From contig OX597815.1 of assembly GCA_951406725.2 (NCBI GenBank), forward strand, positions 107,074,001 to 107,138,000: a stretch of 64,000 nt of DNA, in the 5' to 3' direction. The translations under genes and the position numbers were made by a program. This DNA comes from Octopus vulgaris (taxonomy: Eukaryota). A model generated the notes under the pieces. It saw only the letters and a program-made list of their open reading frames with translations. It had not been told where the DNA came from and did not search any database. Positions 1 to 12,992 of the stretch are shown here, piece after piece (the stretch's first letter is position 1; each line of letters opens with the position of its first letter).

Positions 1-471
1 ATTAATATAGTTGCAATATTTAATTAAAAAAAAAGAAAAGAAAATATTTTCTCTTGCAAAACTGTATCAGGCTAAAATAACATTTCACTGCAAATGAATA
101 ACTGAATATACTAACTGGACGTTATATGACAGCCAATATTCTGTGCGTGTATGAATATACAGATACAATACCAATATTCCACTGAACTTTTTAATAATTC
201 TTTCTGGAAACTATCTTTAACATTTTCTTGAGAATGTATATTGATGTTGGAATCTTTTGTGCCCAATATTTTCATGAACTTGTTAAACATTTTTATGTTC
301 TTAACATGTCCTTGTTACCAAAGACTGTATATATGTATTGTAGCATTTTGTGACAACCAATAATTAACACAACCAAACTTTTACATGTTACTTTTGACAA
401 TCTTTTTCTAAAGAGTGAAACCGGTAAAGTAAATAAACATCTTTTAAAATTGCATTTTCAAACCTTCTTTC

Positions 472-472
<1 letters not shown>

Positions 473-526
<54 letters not shown>
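473..526. repeat. (TA)n microsatellite
   Basis: Perfect dinucleotide run. Confidence 0.95.
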
Positions 527-530
<4 letters not shown>

Positions 531-1053
531 CAATATTTTATAATGTTGCCAATGTTATCTTCCTTTATATTTTTATTAGAAAAAAATTTATGCTGATTTC
601 AAACAGCACATATTTGTGTAAATTTCTAGAAGGAATTCCATTAACATAGCTAGTTCAATATTATAAGCTTCTGTAGGATTACCTTCAAACATAACATTGA
701 GAGAAATTGAAGGCTCTAGACAGATTGCAATATAATAAAACTTTCTAATACATTTAATATTCATTTTTCATCAGGTTTCCAAAACCTGAAATGATTGGTT
801 AGGTAAGTTAAACAACAAAACTTTATTAAAGTTTTCTCCATTTAACTTTAAGAGAATAATCTGCATATAGCTCAATATGAGAACATTCAGATGCTATCAA
901 AAATACATACTTGAGATCAAACTCTAAAAATAAACTATCAAATTAGGATTTATACTTTGTAAGGATCATATTATTATTTAAATAAATTTTACTTCTACTT
1001 CATTTTGACAGTCTTATCATTGATAAATGTATAGAAATAAAAGAAAAACTGAC

Positions 1054-1115
1054 CTGGGGAGTGAGATTCCTGAGGACCAACCAGTTACTTACAACCCATG
1101 ATGCGGACGAGTTGA
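1054..1115 (-). CDS. TNRC6: GW182/TNRC6 exon, start of the RRM (VNSSASWVVSNWLVLRNLTPQ); remaining exons lie beyond window position 1
   Basis: Acceptor ttcttttcag|TC, donor CAG|GTCAGT. 62 nt, phase 1/0. WLVLRNLTPQ is the conserved start of the TNRC6 RRM. Confidence 0.95.
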
Positions 1116-1690
1116 CTGAAAAGAATAATTATAAGGAATAGTAAAAAGAGATCTTAAAATATAGGTTTAAAATGTTTTATAGCTACAATAGCTTTTGATA
1201 AACTATAAGAAACTACTTTTATGAAGAAAATGTTCTCAAATTTTTCTTTTCTTTGTGTGTGACATGCATAATGCAATGTTTAAAAAGAAAATAAACATGG
1301 ATACATATTAATTTTGAAATAATTCTCAAGAATTGTAATAAAATTCTTTAACTATTTGTAACTGAAACAGAAGTATTTAACCCTCTTTTTTTTTTATTAA
1401 CTATTCTGACAATTCAAATACTAAAGGGTCTAAAAAAGAGCCTTGCCTCTCACTGGATTAACATTCATAAATAGCACTCAAGTTTTTGATGAATACTATT
1501 AGAACAAGATTTATGCAATGCAGGACTAAGTAATTTTTACAGGAAATTTTATTCCACACCTTTTGATTTATACTGTTTTTAATATGACATCCCAAGATAT
1601 TAACTCAAAGCATTTCTGCCAAATGTTGAGTTTTAGAATTGAAAAATACACAAACACTCAAACATACAATGTAGGTATTGATATTGTAAG

Positions 1691-1740
1691 AATAGAAATA
1701 AGCTAAAATAGCAATAATAGAAATAAGCTAAAATAGCAAT
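1691..1740. repeat. Perfect 25 bp tandem duplication
   Basis: aatagaaataagctaaaatagcaat x2. Confidence 0.9.
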
Positions 1741-2632
1741 AATTCATCAAAGAATAAAGAATACAGAGAACTAATTGACATGAAGGAAGACTACCATGAT
1801 TTTATATATGGATTTCGATGAGGTAAAAGTCTATTCTTTAACTGGCTCTAGTCACCGGACTGCATACATGTTACAGTAGTGCCTTCAAATGTTTTAGCTA
1901 ATATCAATAGTTAGATATATGTTTAGTTAACATCAGGTAATGACAATGACAAAAGTTAACTGAGCATAAAGGAAGGAATCAATACGAATCACTCTACTGC
2001 TAGATATTTCCATTTGAGGAATCAATTTCTTGCCATCCCACACTGACAAACACTGTGGTGGCAGTTGACCTTCAGATCAAACTAAGTAACAACATTATTA
2101 GTTTCTTGAATTGCTGATACTATCTATTGGTTGAAAATCAGTGTCAACGTTTTGATGACAGAGTGGGATCTGAACTCAGAATGCACAGGGGCAGCACAGA
2201 TGTTGCAAGGCATCCCAGTTAACATTCTAACAATTCTACTAATCCACCACTCTTGGCTTGGTACAATTTTTAAAATCTACCCTGAAAGGATGAAAAACAA
2301 AGTTGATTTGAATTCAAGGAATAGATAGAGAGATAACAAATACCATAAGGTATTATATCCAACATTTTAAAAACTCTGGATTTTCCAATGCATATACATG
2401 TCATTGCCTAAGGTACTGCACAGTTAAGTTCATATAATATAGAGACTTCTACAGTTTTATTTTATTGTTTTCAGATAGGAGAAAGAGAAGAGTGCTTGTG
2501 ACCCTTGTACAGGCTCTGAGACAGGTGAGAAGAAAGAAACAGGATTCATGGGTTGTTGCAACAGGAAGAAGCACACAAGATGTCACTTTATCCTCATAGA
2601 GCAGACTTGCTTATGTATACATATATTTAGTG

Positions 2633-2880
2633 AAAGCACATAGCCTAGTGGTTAGAGTGTTGCACTTGCAATCATGAGATCATGATCTTGATTCCTGGAC
2701 CGGGTGGTGTGTTGTGTTCTTGAGCAAAATACTTCATTTCATGTTGCTGTGATCATTTTGACCAAAGTTGATTTGATGGGAGGGAATGAGCTAATGTGTG
2801 ACACAAACATTTGATCACTATAAACAAATCTGTTTTTGTTCAGCAAAAAATTGTGAAACCCTTATCTACCGTTTAATAAT
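2633..2880 (+). mobile_element. tRNA-derived SINE (related reverse copy ~49030-49190)
   Basis: Pol III box-A-like tagcctagtgg and decayed box B (ttgattcc), followed by the body ttgtgttcttgagcaaaatacttcatttc. Confidence 0.7.
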
Positions 2881-4041
2881 GAGTCCATAATAATATATAT
2901 ATCTACTTTTGATTTTATGCTTTTATATCATATTTCACCTTATTTCAAAATTTGTACAGCTGTATAACTGACAAAAATAGTTCTGAAAAGAAAAGATTTT
3001 TTTTATGCCATTCGTTGAAAGGTCTTGGAGAATTTTGACAGCATAAATAAAGACATCAACAATCAAACGTGGAAAAATATTTAAAGACTATCATATCAAA
3101 GAAAAGAAAACAAAAAAAAAATACCAAGCTGAAGAACAAATAAGTTTTTGATTGTTTTTAGGAGAATGATAACATATCTGCCATTAATAAAACTCAAACA
3201 GAAGCAAAATTCCAAATGGCTAGTAAATTTGTGATGAATTTATCTACAAGATAACCTATTTATAACTCAATATTTTTTGTTCTTTCAAAACTCTTGAAAT
3301 TTGATCCTTCAGTAAATATCTGATAAAACTTCTTTATGAATTGAACCCAGATATGTAAAACAATACTCAACATTTCTCGTGCTACAAATGATTAGAGGTG
3401 AACGAAACCATCCTCTATTCCTGCTCACAGTGAAATGGACTTGTCTGTTGAAAGATAAGTGTCTTGGTCAGAATAGGTACTAGTGCACTTTCAACAGATT
3501 AATTGATTGGTGACTTAGTAATTAGACATCTTTTACAAAAGCATAATGTAACTATAGCTTTATTGGGAAGGGTAATACCCATGACTGTGGCAGGGCTTCC
3601 ATGATATTCAAGGGATGGATGTGTAGAAGAAATCACGAATCACATGTTGCTGCAGTGGAAAGACACCCGTCATAGTATCAAAATTATCTTTATCATTGAA
3701 GTACATAAATTTCTGCTGATACTCTTGTACTTTGAGCTCTCAGCTACATTACCTTTACAGCTCTTATTTGTTCTATCAGCTATTTTACACTCTAAATAGA
3801 TTACTGAATATCTTATTTTAATACAATATTTGAAAAATTTGTTTAAAACATCAACCAAGTAGAAATAGAAAAACCTAGTTGTTAACATACTTAAAATGTT
3901 ACATATTTTTCAAAACATATATCAAGTTGAGAGAAAACACTGAATAAACAAATACTTCCTCAAAGCAGTTTGAAAACCATAATTCAAATTAACATTTAAG
4001 GTAAAGGTTATTTTTGTTTTTAAGAGACTAATGACACTAAC

Positions 4042-5841
4042 CTGAAGGGAATGGTTCAGTTGATCTTCCAGACCAAGATACCTGACGGCTGCCAGGAAAA
4101 GAGCTGCTGTTCCAGCTGGATGTGGATGCTGATGTAGTTTTGTTATGAACAAGGCCTGGTGGAGGGCGAGCAGAATTGCCACTAGATTTGGGTTGCAAAG
4201 GCACACCCCAGACCTCAGAAGTGAAGCTGGTGGGAGTAGTAACAGAATCAGCTGAGCTCCAATTCTTTTGAGTTCCACCACCAATTGTTTGAGATGAATT
4301 GCTTGTCTTAGGGAAGTCTTTCATTGGCCATGATTCTGAAGTGACAATTGGACCGGCTTTGGTAATACTAGAGGAAAAGTTATTCAAATAATCATCTTTT
4401 ATAGTATTAACACTCAGTGAACGAGAAAAACTTCCTGGAGTGATATATGGATCATCTTCCACACTTTTAGTACCAGTAATTCCTTGCCAGGGCTTACCAG
4501 GGACAAATTCTGGAATCATATCATTCAAATTGAGTGCAGATGAAGAGCTAGCAGATTGAGATTCCTTCACTTGAGAAATGTCTTTGGAAGATTCAACTTG
4601 ACTATTTGTTCCAATTGGAGATACATTGGGCCAATTTTGGGATGAAGTTGTGGGGGCATTTGACCAAGTTGAATCACTGAGGCCAAGACTCAAGTCATAT
4701 CTTCCTAAATTTGAAGAAGACATAGGGTGATGGAGAGGTTTGGAACCCACAGCCTTATTCATCATTGGATCAGGGGGAATATTGGCATCTTTATCAGGAG
4801 AAGGACGTTTCCACTGGTTGAGAAGACGGGACTGAGAGCAGGTGGATATGGATATGTTGGTCATATCATTCTGCAAGGGTGAGAAAGCCTCTATTGGTTC
4901 AGGTATATTTTGAGGTTTGGGAAGATTTTGCTGGGCCTGAGCTATTTGCTGCTGTAGCTGCAGCATTTGTGTCTTAAATCGATTGATTGTTTGGTCCATT
5001 TGCTTTTGAGTGTGACTGGCATTCCCACCACTACCATTTCGGTTCTGTTGCTGTAGGAACTGCTGCCTTGTAACAAGCTGTTGCAAGCCTGATTGCATTT
5101 GCAGAAGTTGCTGCAAAAGAAGGAGCATTGGAGGAGGCAATTGCTGGTTTAGCAATTGTGGGCTGATAAGCCCTGCCTGGACGGCCATTCGAAGCTGTTG
5201 CAAGATTTGGTGCTGTGCTAACTGCTGTTGCACAGTGTTAGTGGTTGGAAGTTGGTTGTTACTTCCAGCACCACTAGTGTTGCTCCCTCCTGCAGTAACT
5301 GTATTTCCACTAGCACCAGGGTTATTAGTGCTGACACTAATACTACCACCACTTCCACGACCACCTACCGGTCCCTGTGTAGAGTTCATTACTTGTTGAG
5401 GATGTGATTGCACTTGAGGAGGTGTTGCTGGTTGATGTTGTTGCTGTTGTTGCGATGGCTGTGTTTGAGGGCCTTGGCTCATTTGTAATGATTGTTGTTG
5501 TTGCTGCTGGTGCTGCTGTTGTTGCTGCTGGTTCATTTTATGCAGAACTTTTTGCTGAAGGATAGCATTCTGATTATTACTCATAATAGGCGGGGGTAGA
5601 CTAGAGATTGCTTTATGAGGGAGTGTGTGTGACTGATTGGAGAGCTGAGATTGAGCAGTTGGAAATGGAGTATTTTGCATGGAGATATTAGGCACAAAAT
5701 GACTACTGTCAGACTGACTATCAGATATGTCATCATTTAAGCCACTAGCTGTATCAATAATTCCAGATAATTTGCGTTTGGAATCCATTTGGAATACATC
5801 CTCATCTTTTTTCATAGCTGTAGCACCTTGTCGCAAATCAG
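4042..5841 (-). CDS. TNRC6: GW182/TNRC6 exon (1800 nt): Q-rich region, CIM1-like motif, PAM2 and M2 part of the silencing domain
   Basis: ORF 4037-5866. Acceptor cttttttag|CT, donor TCAG|GTTAGT, phase 1/1. Motifs QLRMAVQAGLISPQLLNQ, QSRLLNQWK and IPEFVPGKPWQG...VEDDPYITPGS (GW182-type PAM2). Confidence 0.96.
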
Positions 5842-6419
5842 CTAAAAAAGTAAATAAACAGATCATTTATTAAATAAATGATTAAATAAACAGATCATTT
5901 AGATATAGCTAAAGAAAATCTACAAGTCATAAAACATAAGACAACCAAACTAATTAAATAGAAAACTAGAAACTAATCAAATAACGAAAATCTTATCTTC
6001 ATTATACAAATTTCAAAGTATAATTAGAATATACAAAATTAGAATAGAGGAATGTATAAATCAATTACAAGCATTGTATTTCTTAGTACTTGAAATGAGT
6101 TTCTTTTCTTTTAAACTGACTAGCTGTTGGTGAAATAAAAAATATCCCAATAAATAGGAAACTTAGAACATATAATGACTTACTCATGGAAATACTTTGT
6201 ACTATTTGTAGTTGATATATTCCCAGTGAATGTATTGTTTTAGAAAATATTATTTTGAAGTATATATGTTTTAATATCTCATTTAAAACCAATCACATAT
6301 TACAAATTTTGAGACCAAAATGGTCTTGCTAACTATCTGTATATCTAAGTAACCTCCATATTATTTATATTAATAGGTCATAAATTAATAGAAAATCAAT
6401 ATTTGATTTACAATCTTAC

Positions 6420-6477
6420 CGAGGGCATTATCATAGTTCATGTTATGGCTGATCAGGGCAGTTTGGGCATCATCTCT
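6420..6477 (-). CDS. TNRC6: GW182/TNRC6 exon, second half of the UBA domain (RDDAQTALISHNMNYDNAL)
   Basis: Acceptor atatag|AGA, donor CTCG|GTAAG. 58 nt, phase 0/1. Fits UBA helices 2-3. Confidence 0.92.
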
Positions 6478-6980
6478 CTATAATAATAATAATAAGTTTC
6501 TTTTATTTACAAGGGTCCAAAGCATTGAGGGTAATACAAAGAGGCAATACATAAAAAAAAATGGTTTATAGAAAGTAGAAGTTAACAAAAACAAAAGATA
6601 TCAACAAGAAATAACAAGGTTGGAAAGGGGAACAATAGGGAAATAAACGGCAATGCAATACGTTTTTAGAAGAGAAAAATTAAGGAAAAAAAAAGTTGTA
6701 CTTTCAGTTTGTGAATTAAACTTTCAAGCTAACACACAGTATCCAATGAACCACACAACTTCTATAATTGCTGATAAATCATATATTTGATCCTCCATAC
6801 AAAGAGACATGAAAAATGCATAGAATTAAGGGGAGGGAAAGTTAACTTTAAAAAAAAAACACTCAGTTAATCAACACTCCTTAAATACACTGTAAGATTG
6901 ATAAAAGAGAAAATATTTAGCTGGTCTATGAGAGCTAGCTTCAGATATTCCTTTAACAAAATAGTTTAATGAAAGCTTAC

Positions 6981-7067
6981 CTTGAAACCCATGTCAGTGA
7001 GTTGCTGCAAAAGCTTCACTCTCATGAGAGGAGCTTGGCTACCACCACCGGGAAACTTGTTAGCACC
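6981..7067 (-). CDS. TNRC6: GW182/TNRC6 exon, first half of the UBA domain (...MRVKLLQQLTDMGFK)
   Basis: Acceptor tttttacag|GGT, donor AAG|GTAAG. 87 nt, phase 0/0. UBA 'MGF' signature. Confidence 0.93.
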
Positions 7068-8248
7068 CTGTAAAAATGAAACATAATTATTTCTTCCCTA
7101 CAATATTTAATTGTAATTGAGAAAGAAAATTTAGCTTGGAATTATTACCAAATAACCAGTGTTTGTTTGTGTCTACATGGATGTTCATGAAAACTATGTC
7201 TATGTAAATGTGTTTATCAAATCTTACTATATCAATTACATTTTGCTTGAGAGACACCACAAAGCATTATTTAATGTTTTAGTTGTTAGCAATGAAAAAG
7301 GGTATTGTGTAGTAAAAGTAACTGTTCCATGTAGAAAAGAACTACAACTCAAAGACTGGTCATCCACTACAGAGCTAGAAAATATATCAGCAACAAATAA
7401 CAACTAATCTTCCACAAATTTCAGATGATACCACAATGTAACATTGCTCTCACACCCAAGATATTGATGCTACTGCTGCAGCAGCAACATGCACATGTGC
7501 ACACACACAGACACATCTTAGACTGCATCCAAATAAATTACTTGAGTGATTGGCATGGAATCACAATCACACTCCATATTGGTCCACAAATATGCTACCT
7601 CTTTTCTCTGTATTTACAACTACTTCTACACTAGAATCTGCTCCTTGGAGCAAAGTGCCATTTCCACTCAGGCAGCTCTGACTCACTCATATCTCCACCA
7701 TTTGTCACCCATATTCTGTCTTACTTCCCCGGCCTTGAAATAGCCACTTTAGCATGTCTTTCTCCTCAGAATGTCATGTCAGTCCCTACTCACACATTTT
7801 TTTTTTGTAATAGTTCAAGCAGAATGTTAATGGCATCAATCTCACTAGTCTTGGAGGTCTTGCTAAGGCTACTGATACATCCACTTCTTTCCTCAAAGCA
7901 AGACAATAAATATAATTTCTAAACTATCAGACTAGCTTTTTACTTCTTTACTATTTTGATTAATTAAATTTATGATTTTATTACCCACTTCTGCTGCCTC
8001 AATCATAAGCTGATGAAGCATGATTCAATAGTTTAGCTTTCATTTCAAATTTTACCAGTGCTAATTTTCATTTCACAAGACTTCAAAGATGTGCGGTAAA
8101 AGTAGTTACTGTAATATATTCGAAAATATACAGTTTTTTTCTATTTTTATTTTCTTTTTACATCAACTTTTTTCAGGTTAACATACTCTTGCTAATTCAA
8201 ATATTTTAAGTGTTTAGAATTTGATTTTTTTACTTTAGTAAATATTTA

Positions 8249-8390
8249 TGGCATTAGGAAGGGCATCCAGCCATAGAAACCATGTCAAAGCAGACATTGG
8301 AGATTGGCACAAACCTTTGGATCACTGGCTCCTGTTGAAAGGCCTGACCCATGCTAGCACAGAAAACAGATGATAAATGGTACTGCTGAT
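8249..8390 (+). mobile_element. Diverged copy of the same family. Further approximate copies: 10265-10432(-), 35355-35495(+), 35755-35953(+), 44130-44375(-), 47880-48240(-), 51960-52140(-), 54130-54337(+), 54800-55020(-), 55550-55760(+)
   Basis: Shared motifs ggcattaggaagggcatccagc.gtagaaac and acccatgc.agcatggaaaa.gga..ttaaatgatg. Confidence 0.7.
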
Positions 8391-8552
8391 CACAAAAATA
8401 ATGTTTCTAATTTTATCTAAACTTTTAAAGATAAGGGCAAAATTCTCTCAAGGTTCAAAAACATTTAACTTTTTGGACTAATTGTCTAGGGCCTCAGCTT
8501 TCAGCTAATATATTTACAATGTATTAAGCACTCTCTACTTGAAATTGCTTAC

Positions 8553-8699
8553 CTTGAAATTATTCCGTTTGCCTTTCCAACCGGGAGCACTACTCCATGA
8601 ACTATTTTCCTGAGGTCCCTCATTCCATGTGCCCATGTCAGCATCATGCCAAGCAGTATCAACACTAGGATTACCTATACTGCTATCTTCATTCCAACC
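8553..8699 (-). CDS. TNRC6: GW182/TNRC6 exon (GWNEDSSIG...APGWKGKRNNFK); an alternative in-frame acceptor extends it to 8747
   Basis: Donor AAG|GTAAG at 8553. Acceptors acaacag|GGT (8699) and ccatattaag|TTG (8747) are both phase 0. W-rich, within ORF 8535-8789. Confidence 0.88.
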
Positions 8700-9690
8700 C
8701 TGTTGTAGAGAATCATACTCAGAATGTTTAATGTCTGAGGCCAACAACTTAATATGGAAACGGAAGAAGTAATAGCAATATATCAGCATTTCTAAGTTGA
8801 CATAATGAAAACTGTAAATTAAACATAATCCTTTTTAGGGAAACTATTCTAACAATTTAAATTTACCATGATTAAACAAAAAATACACACAGCAGTAAAA
8901 AATGAAGTTAAAGATGATGTTGAGAGACAAAAAAAGAGAAAAGGAGAAGGAGGGAACAAGACAAGATTTATAGTCTTCCCAGGCTCTTAGAAATGAAAGA
9001 GTTATGTTGTTAATAAAAACATGTTAGTTTAATAAGATTATCATTGAACGGCAAGCAATACATGACATCTGACAACACAGATTATATTTTTAGATTTCAA
9101 AAATTTAATAGCAATTTATATTTTAAAACATTTGGAGAGTGGAAGAAAAAAAAAAGCACTTTCCTTAGTACTTAACGAACTAGCAAAAAAAAAGTTTCTA
9201 AAAGCTAGATGCCCTTCCAGATATGAATTTCTTCGCAAAAATATGAGCGATACATATTTTCCAGCTAATTAAGTAAATAACATAGTATGATTGAGCCTAA
9301 CAGTTCAAGGAAATATATGGTAATGGAGTTAGAATTTACTGAATAACTTACTCACCAAGTGTCAAGTAAAAAAAAAAAATCTCTAATCAATAACTTTTAA
9401 ATTTAAATTAAAGAATTGTAGTTACTTAGATATTTGTAGCTCTGCTAGGACACCAAAATCTCTTTTTGCCTATTCATTTTTTAAAAATTGTCATGTTTCT
9501 TGTTTTCCACAATTTGGTAACCAGCATTGGTGTATTACTGTCCCCATAACTTAGTGGTTTGGCAAAAAGTGACCAATAGAATAAGTACCAAGCTTAAAAT
9601 AAAATAAGTACTGGGATCAATTCATTTGACTAAAAATTCTTCAAAGTGGTGCCTCTATATGGCCAGTCAAATGTGTTAACAAACAAGGTA

Positions 9691-9981
9691 TCATCATCAT
9701 TTAGCATCCGCTTTCCATGCTAGCATGGGTTGGACGGTTCAACTGGGGTCTGTGAAGCCAGAAGGCTGCATCAGGCCCAGTCTGATCTGGCAGTGTTTCT
9801 ACGGCTGGATGCCCTTCCTAACGCCAACCACTCCGTGAGTGTAGTGGGTGCTTTTTACGTGCCACCCACACAGGTGCCAGATGGAGCTGACAAACAGCCA
9901 CAGACGGATGGTGCTTTTTATGTGCCACCGGCACGGGGGCCAGGCGAGGCTGGCAACGGCCACGAATGGATGGTGCTTTTT
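9691..9981 (-). mobile_element. Young SINE-like repeat with (ATG)n tail and internal 62-63 bp tandem units
   Basis: Core ggatgcccttcctaacgccaaccac is shared with many copies in the window. ggtgcttttt recurs at 9847, 9910 and 9972. Confidence 0.8.
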
Positions 9982-11256
9982 GCTCAAATATCCCAAAGAA
10001 CAAGGGCATCTCATTCAAAGGCATTCTCAACAGATTAAGATCTTATGACTCTTCTTGTTTTTGCTAATGGTTTCTCATGCCATTTCAAAGCTTACAGTAC
10101 TGGAGTTGGAAACAATAAATAGGTTTACTTAAGATTTAAATATTCCATTTCTGTTTGTAACTCTAGAAGATTTAGAAAAATGACCTTATAAGCAATCAAC
10201 ACTTGATTTTCATGATAACAAATTTATAGAGAGTAGTCAATCCTAGAGTTGTAGAAGCATGTAGCTTCATCATCATTTAATGCTGGCAGAAATTTGATGG
10301 TTTAATAAGAGCTGGTAAGGCTGCATCAAGCTACATTGTCTGATCTGGCATGGTTTCTACAGCAGGATGCCCTTAATAATGCCAACCACTTTACTGAATA
10401 TACTGCATGATTTTCACAAGGTACCAGCACTGATGAGAAAAGTTTCAATGCAAGTTTCAGAAGACTAAAGAAGAAACGAGACTACGCAATAGTTATTGGA
10501 AAGGTATTCTATATTTTGGGAACTTAATCTGTGATGTACATTTTCCATTATCCTATATCAGTGGTTACAAGTTAGAATTGAAATAAAAAAACCAAATAAA
10601 GGTAATTTCAGTTCAGTTTTATAATTACTCATAGATTACAAGTCATTTGTAAGATGCGAAAGCCTTTCTTTTTAATGTGAAAGAATTGTTTTCAATGAAT
10701 GCAACTTTCCTATAAGAAAAAGAGGACATTTTATAGAATTTTAAGTCTTTTTCTTTTTTTATACTAATTTACATGTAGATTTATATTGCTTGTGTTCTAT
10801 TATGTACTAATTACTAATCTTACATGAAAGCTGCTTATTAACAAGACATAGTAGGCACAAATATGCACTGAGTTTTAACATATGATGAAACACACTAGAT
10901 GCCCACTGCCTTAATTTCTAAGAATGTCTTCCAGCACAAGCAGTGAAGATCATTCAAGAGTCAATGATATATAAATATGTCAAGGAATTCTAAGTAGAAG
11001 TAAAACAATTTTAAAGAAGCAAATATTGTGAAAAAATTTCCCTTTATTTTCCCCAAAATATTTCAAAGTCTTTCTTTTCCTCTTGCCATACAGTTCCAAT
11101 TAGTGTAAGCAAATGACACATGGTGTATAATTTAGTCAGTAATTTCTATTCTTTTACCTACCACACAACTCAATCATATCAGTCTTCAATAAACACTATA
11201 CAATGTACACTAAACTATTTTCTAGACAACACCATTGTAAATCTTCATATTAGAAT

Positions 11257-11740
11257 CCACTGTCATCACAGTGTTACTACTCAGCCATTACATTCTACTC
11301 CACTGTCTTCAGTGTTCCTATGTATTCATTACAATCAACACCATTATCTTCAGTGTTACAACTCAGACAATTACACTCTACTCCATTGTCGTCAGTGTTA
11401 TTATTACTCAGTCATCATACTCTACTTCATTATTCAGTTGTCACATTTTACTCCACTGTTTATAAACAACTACTCAGTTTACCCATTCCACACCTCTATT
11501 TTCTGTGCTACTACTCAGCTGTCACTCTAATTGCCTTCATGGAGCTACTACCCAGTCATCACACTTTATTGTCTTCACAGTGCTACAAGTCAGTTGTCAC
11601 TCTCTCCTCAATTGTTTCCAGATTGTCACTTACTTGTCACATACTATTGTTTTCATAATACTGTTACTATTCAGTTGTCATGCCATACTTTTCACAATGA
11701 CATTACCGAGTAGTCATAATACCTGACATTACACAGTTGC
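11257..11740. repeat. Degenerate ~41 bp minisatellite
   Basis: cagtgtt recurs at 11269, 11310, 11351 and 11393. Unit approximately cagtgttactactcagccattacattctactccactgtctt, decaying rightwards. Confidence 0.8.
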
Positions 11741-12992
11741 AACAATCAATAAATGATATCTCATTTGAAAATATGATTTTAATGTAGAGAGGAGAAATTG
11801 GAAAGTGATTAGAAATAAATCAAGAGAAATAATGGTAGATATAAATACATAAAATGGAGCTATAAGTCAGATAAAAAGATAGTCCTTAATAATTTATTTC
11901 AGAAATATAAACATTATTCTTTTATCTAAATTATTAAAACTTCATAAAATAATAATAATAAAAAAAATGAAAGCATGAACAAATTTTCTGTAAAATTTGA
12001 AAACTGTTTCATTAAATTTATGTAACTATAAAACTCATGATAAAAAAAAATATTGCAACAAAAGCCAGAAATTTTAGTTTTTAATTTGTTTTGGAAGAAT
12101 TTTGATCAATACAACCCTCCCAAAGTATAACAATATTATCTGGAAATGTAAATTTTAAAAAAAATTTAATAATTCTACTACTACTTTAACAATTTAGACA
12201 TAAAGTAGAACAAAAATGTCCAAAAGAAAAAATTTATAACAAAATAATTTAAAGTCCTAGTAAAATTATTGGCAAAACTTTACATATATAATATAGCTAT
12301 ATATTTATAAAATGTCTTATAACTATTTGTTTACAAATTACTATTTTGATACAGTGTATCTTTTAAAGGGATTTTTAAAAACAAAACAAAACAAATATAA
12401 TCTAAAAGATATCAAGATTTTGGTTGTGTCAACAATATTACATAACAAAGAGTATTGTCACAATCAGCAAAATGCATGATAACAGTAATTGAAAATAACA
12501 CATTCAGATAATCACCATATTTACCAGCCATTTTGAATGTGATTACACATTTATTCTTACAGCTTACAAAAAAGATGATTTCTTTTATTAACAATTACAA
12601 AACTAATAATATTTATAATAATTATTACTGTATTTAAAGTAATAAAAAAAGAATAATAAAAGGGAAGGACAAAAAGAACTTTTTATTTAATTGAAGAAAT
12701 TAAAAATGCTCAGAAGAAAAATCTGCAAATTGTTTTCCCAATTTTTTAAAAACCTATTTATTTTACTACAATAACCAACCCCAACAGAAACATCCTCTAA
12801 ACTAACTTCAGAAATGTTGATGAAAATATTCAAAGCCAATAAAACTATAAATGTGGTTTAAGTTTGTTGATGTGATATACATGAGAAGGCCTAACATATA
12901 TGTACACGTCAGCATATACAGGTTTATTGTCTTAAAGAAGCCAGTCTCTTTGGTAGATTGAAATATCTGTTTCCAAAAGCCTTCTAACTCAC

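Noticed and set aside
2633-2705. Possible tRNA gene
   Set aside because: Decayed B box, no convincing cloverleaf, and it runs into a SINE body.
3922-4284. 120-aa alternative-frame ORF overlapping the end of exon 4042-5841
   Set aside because: No separate splice or start support. The main frame joins the RRM exon cleanly.
9730-10048. ORFs in both orientations, echoed at 50869-51249
   Set aside because: They are translations of a SINE-like repeat, not genes.
11120-11726. Stacked plus-strand ORFs / CRISPR-like periodicity
   Set aside because: Degenerate minisatellite with no repeat-spacer structure and no cas genes, in a eukaryotic intron.
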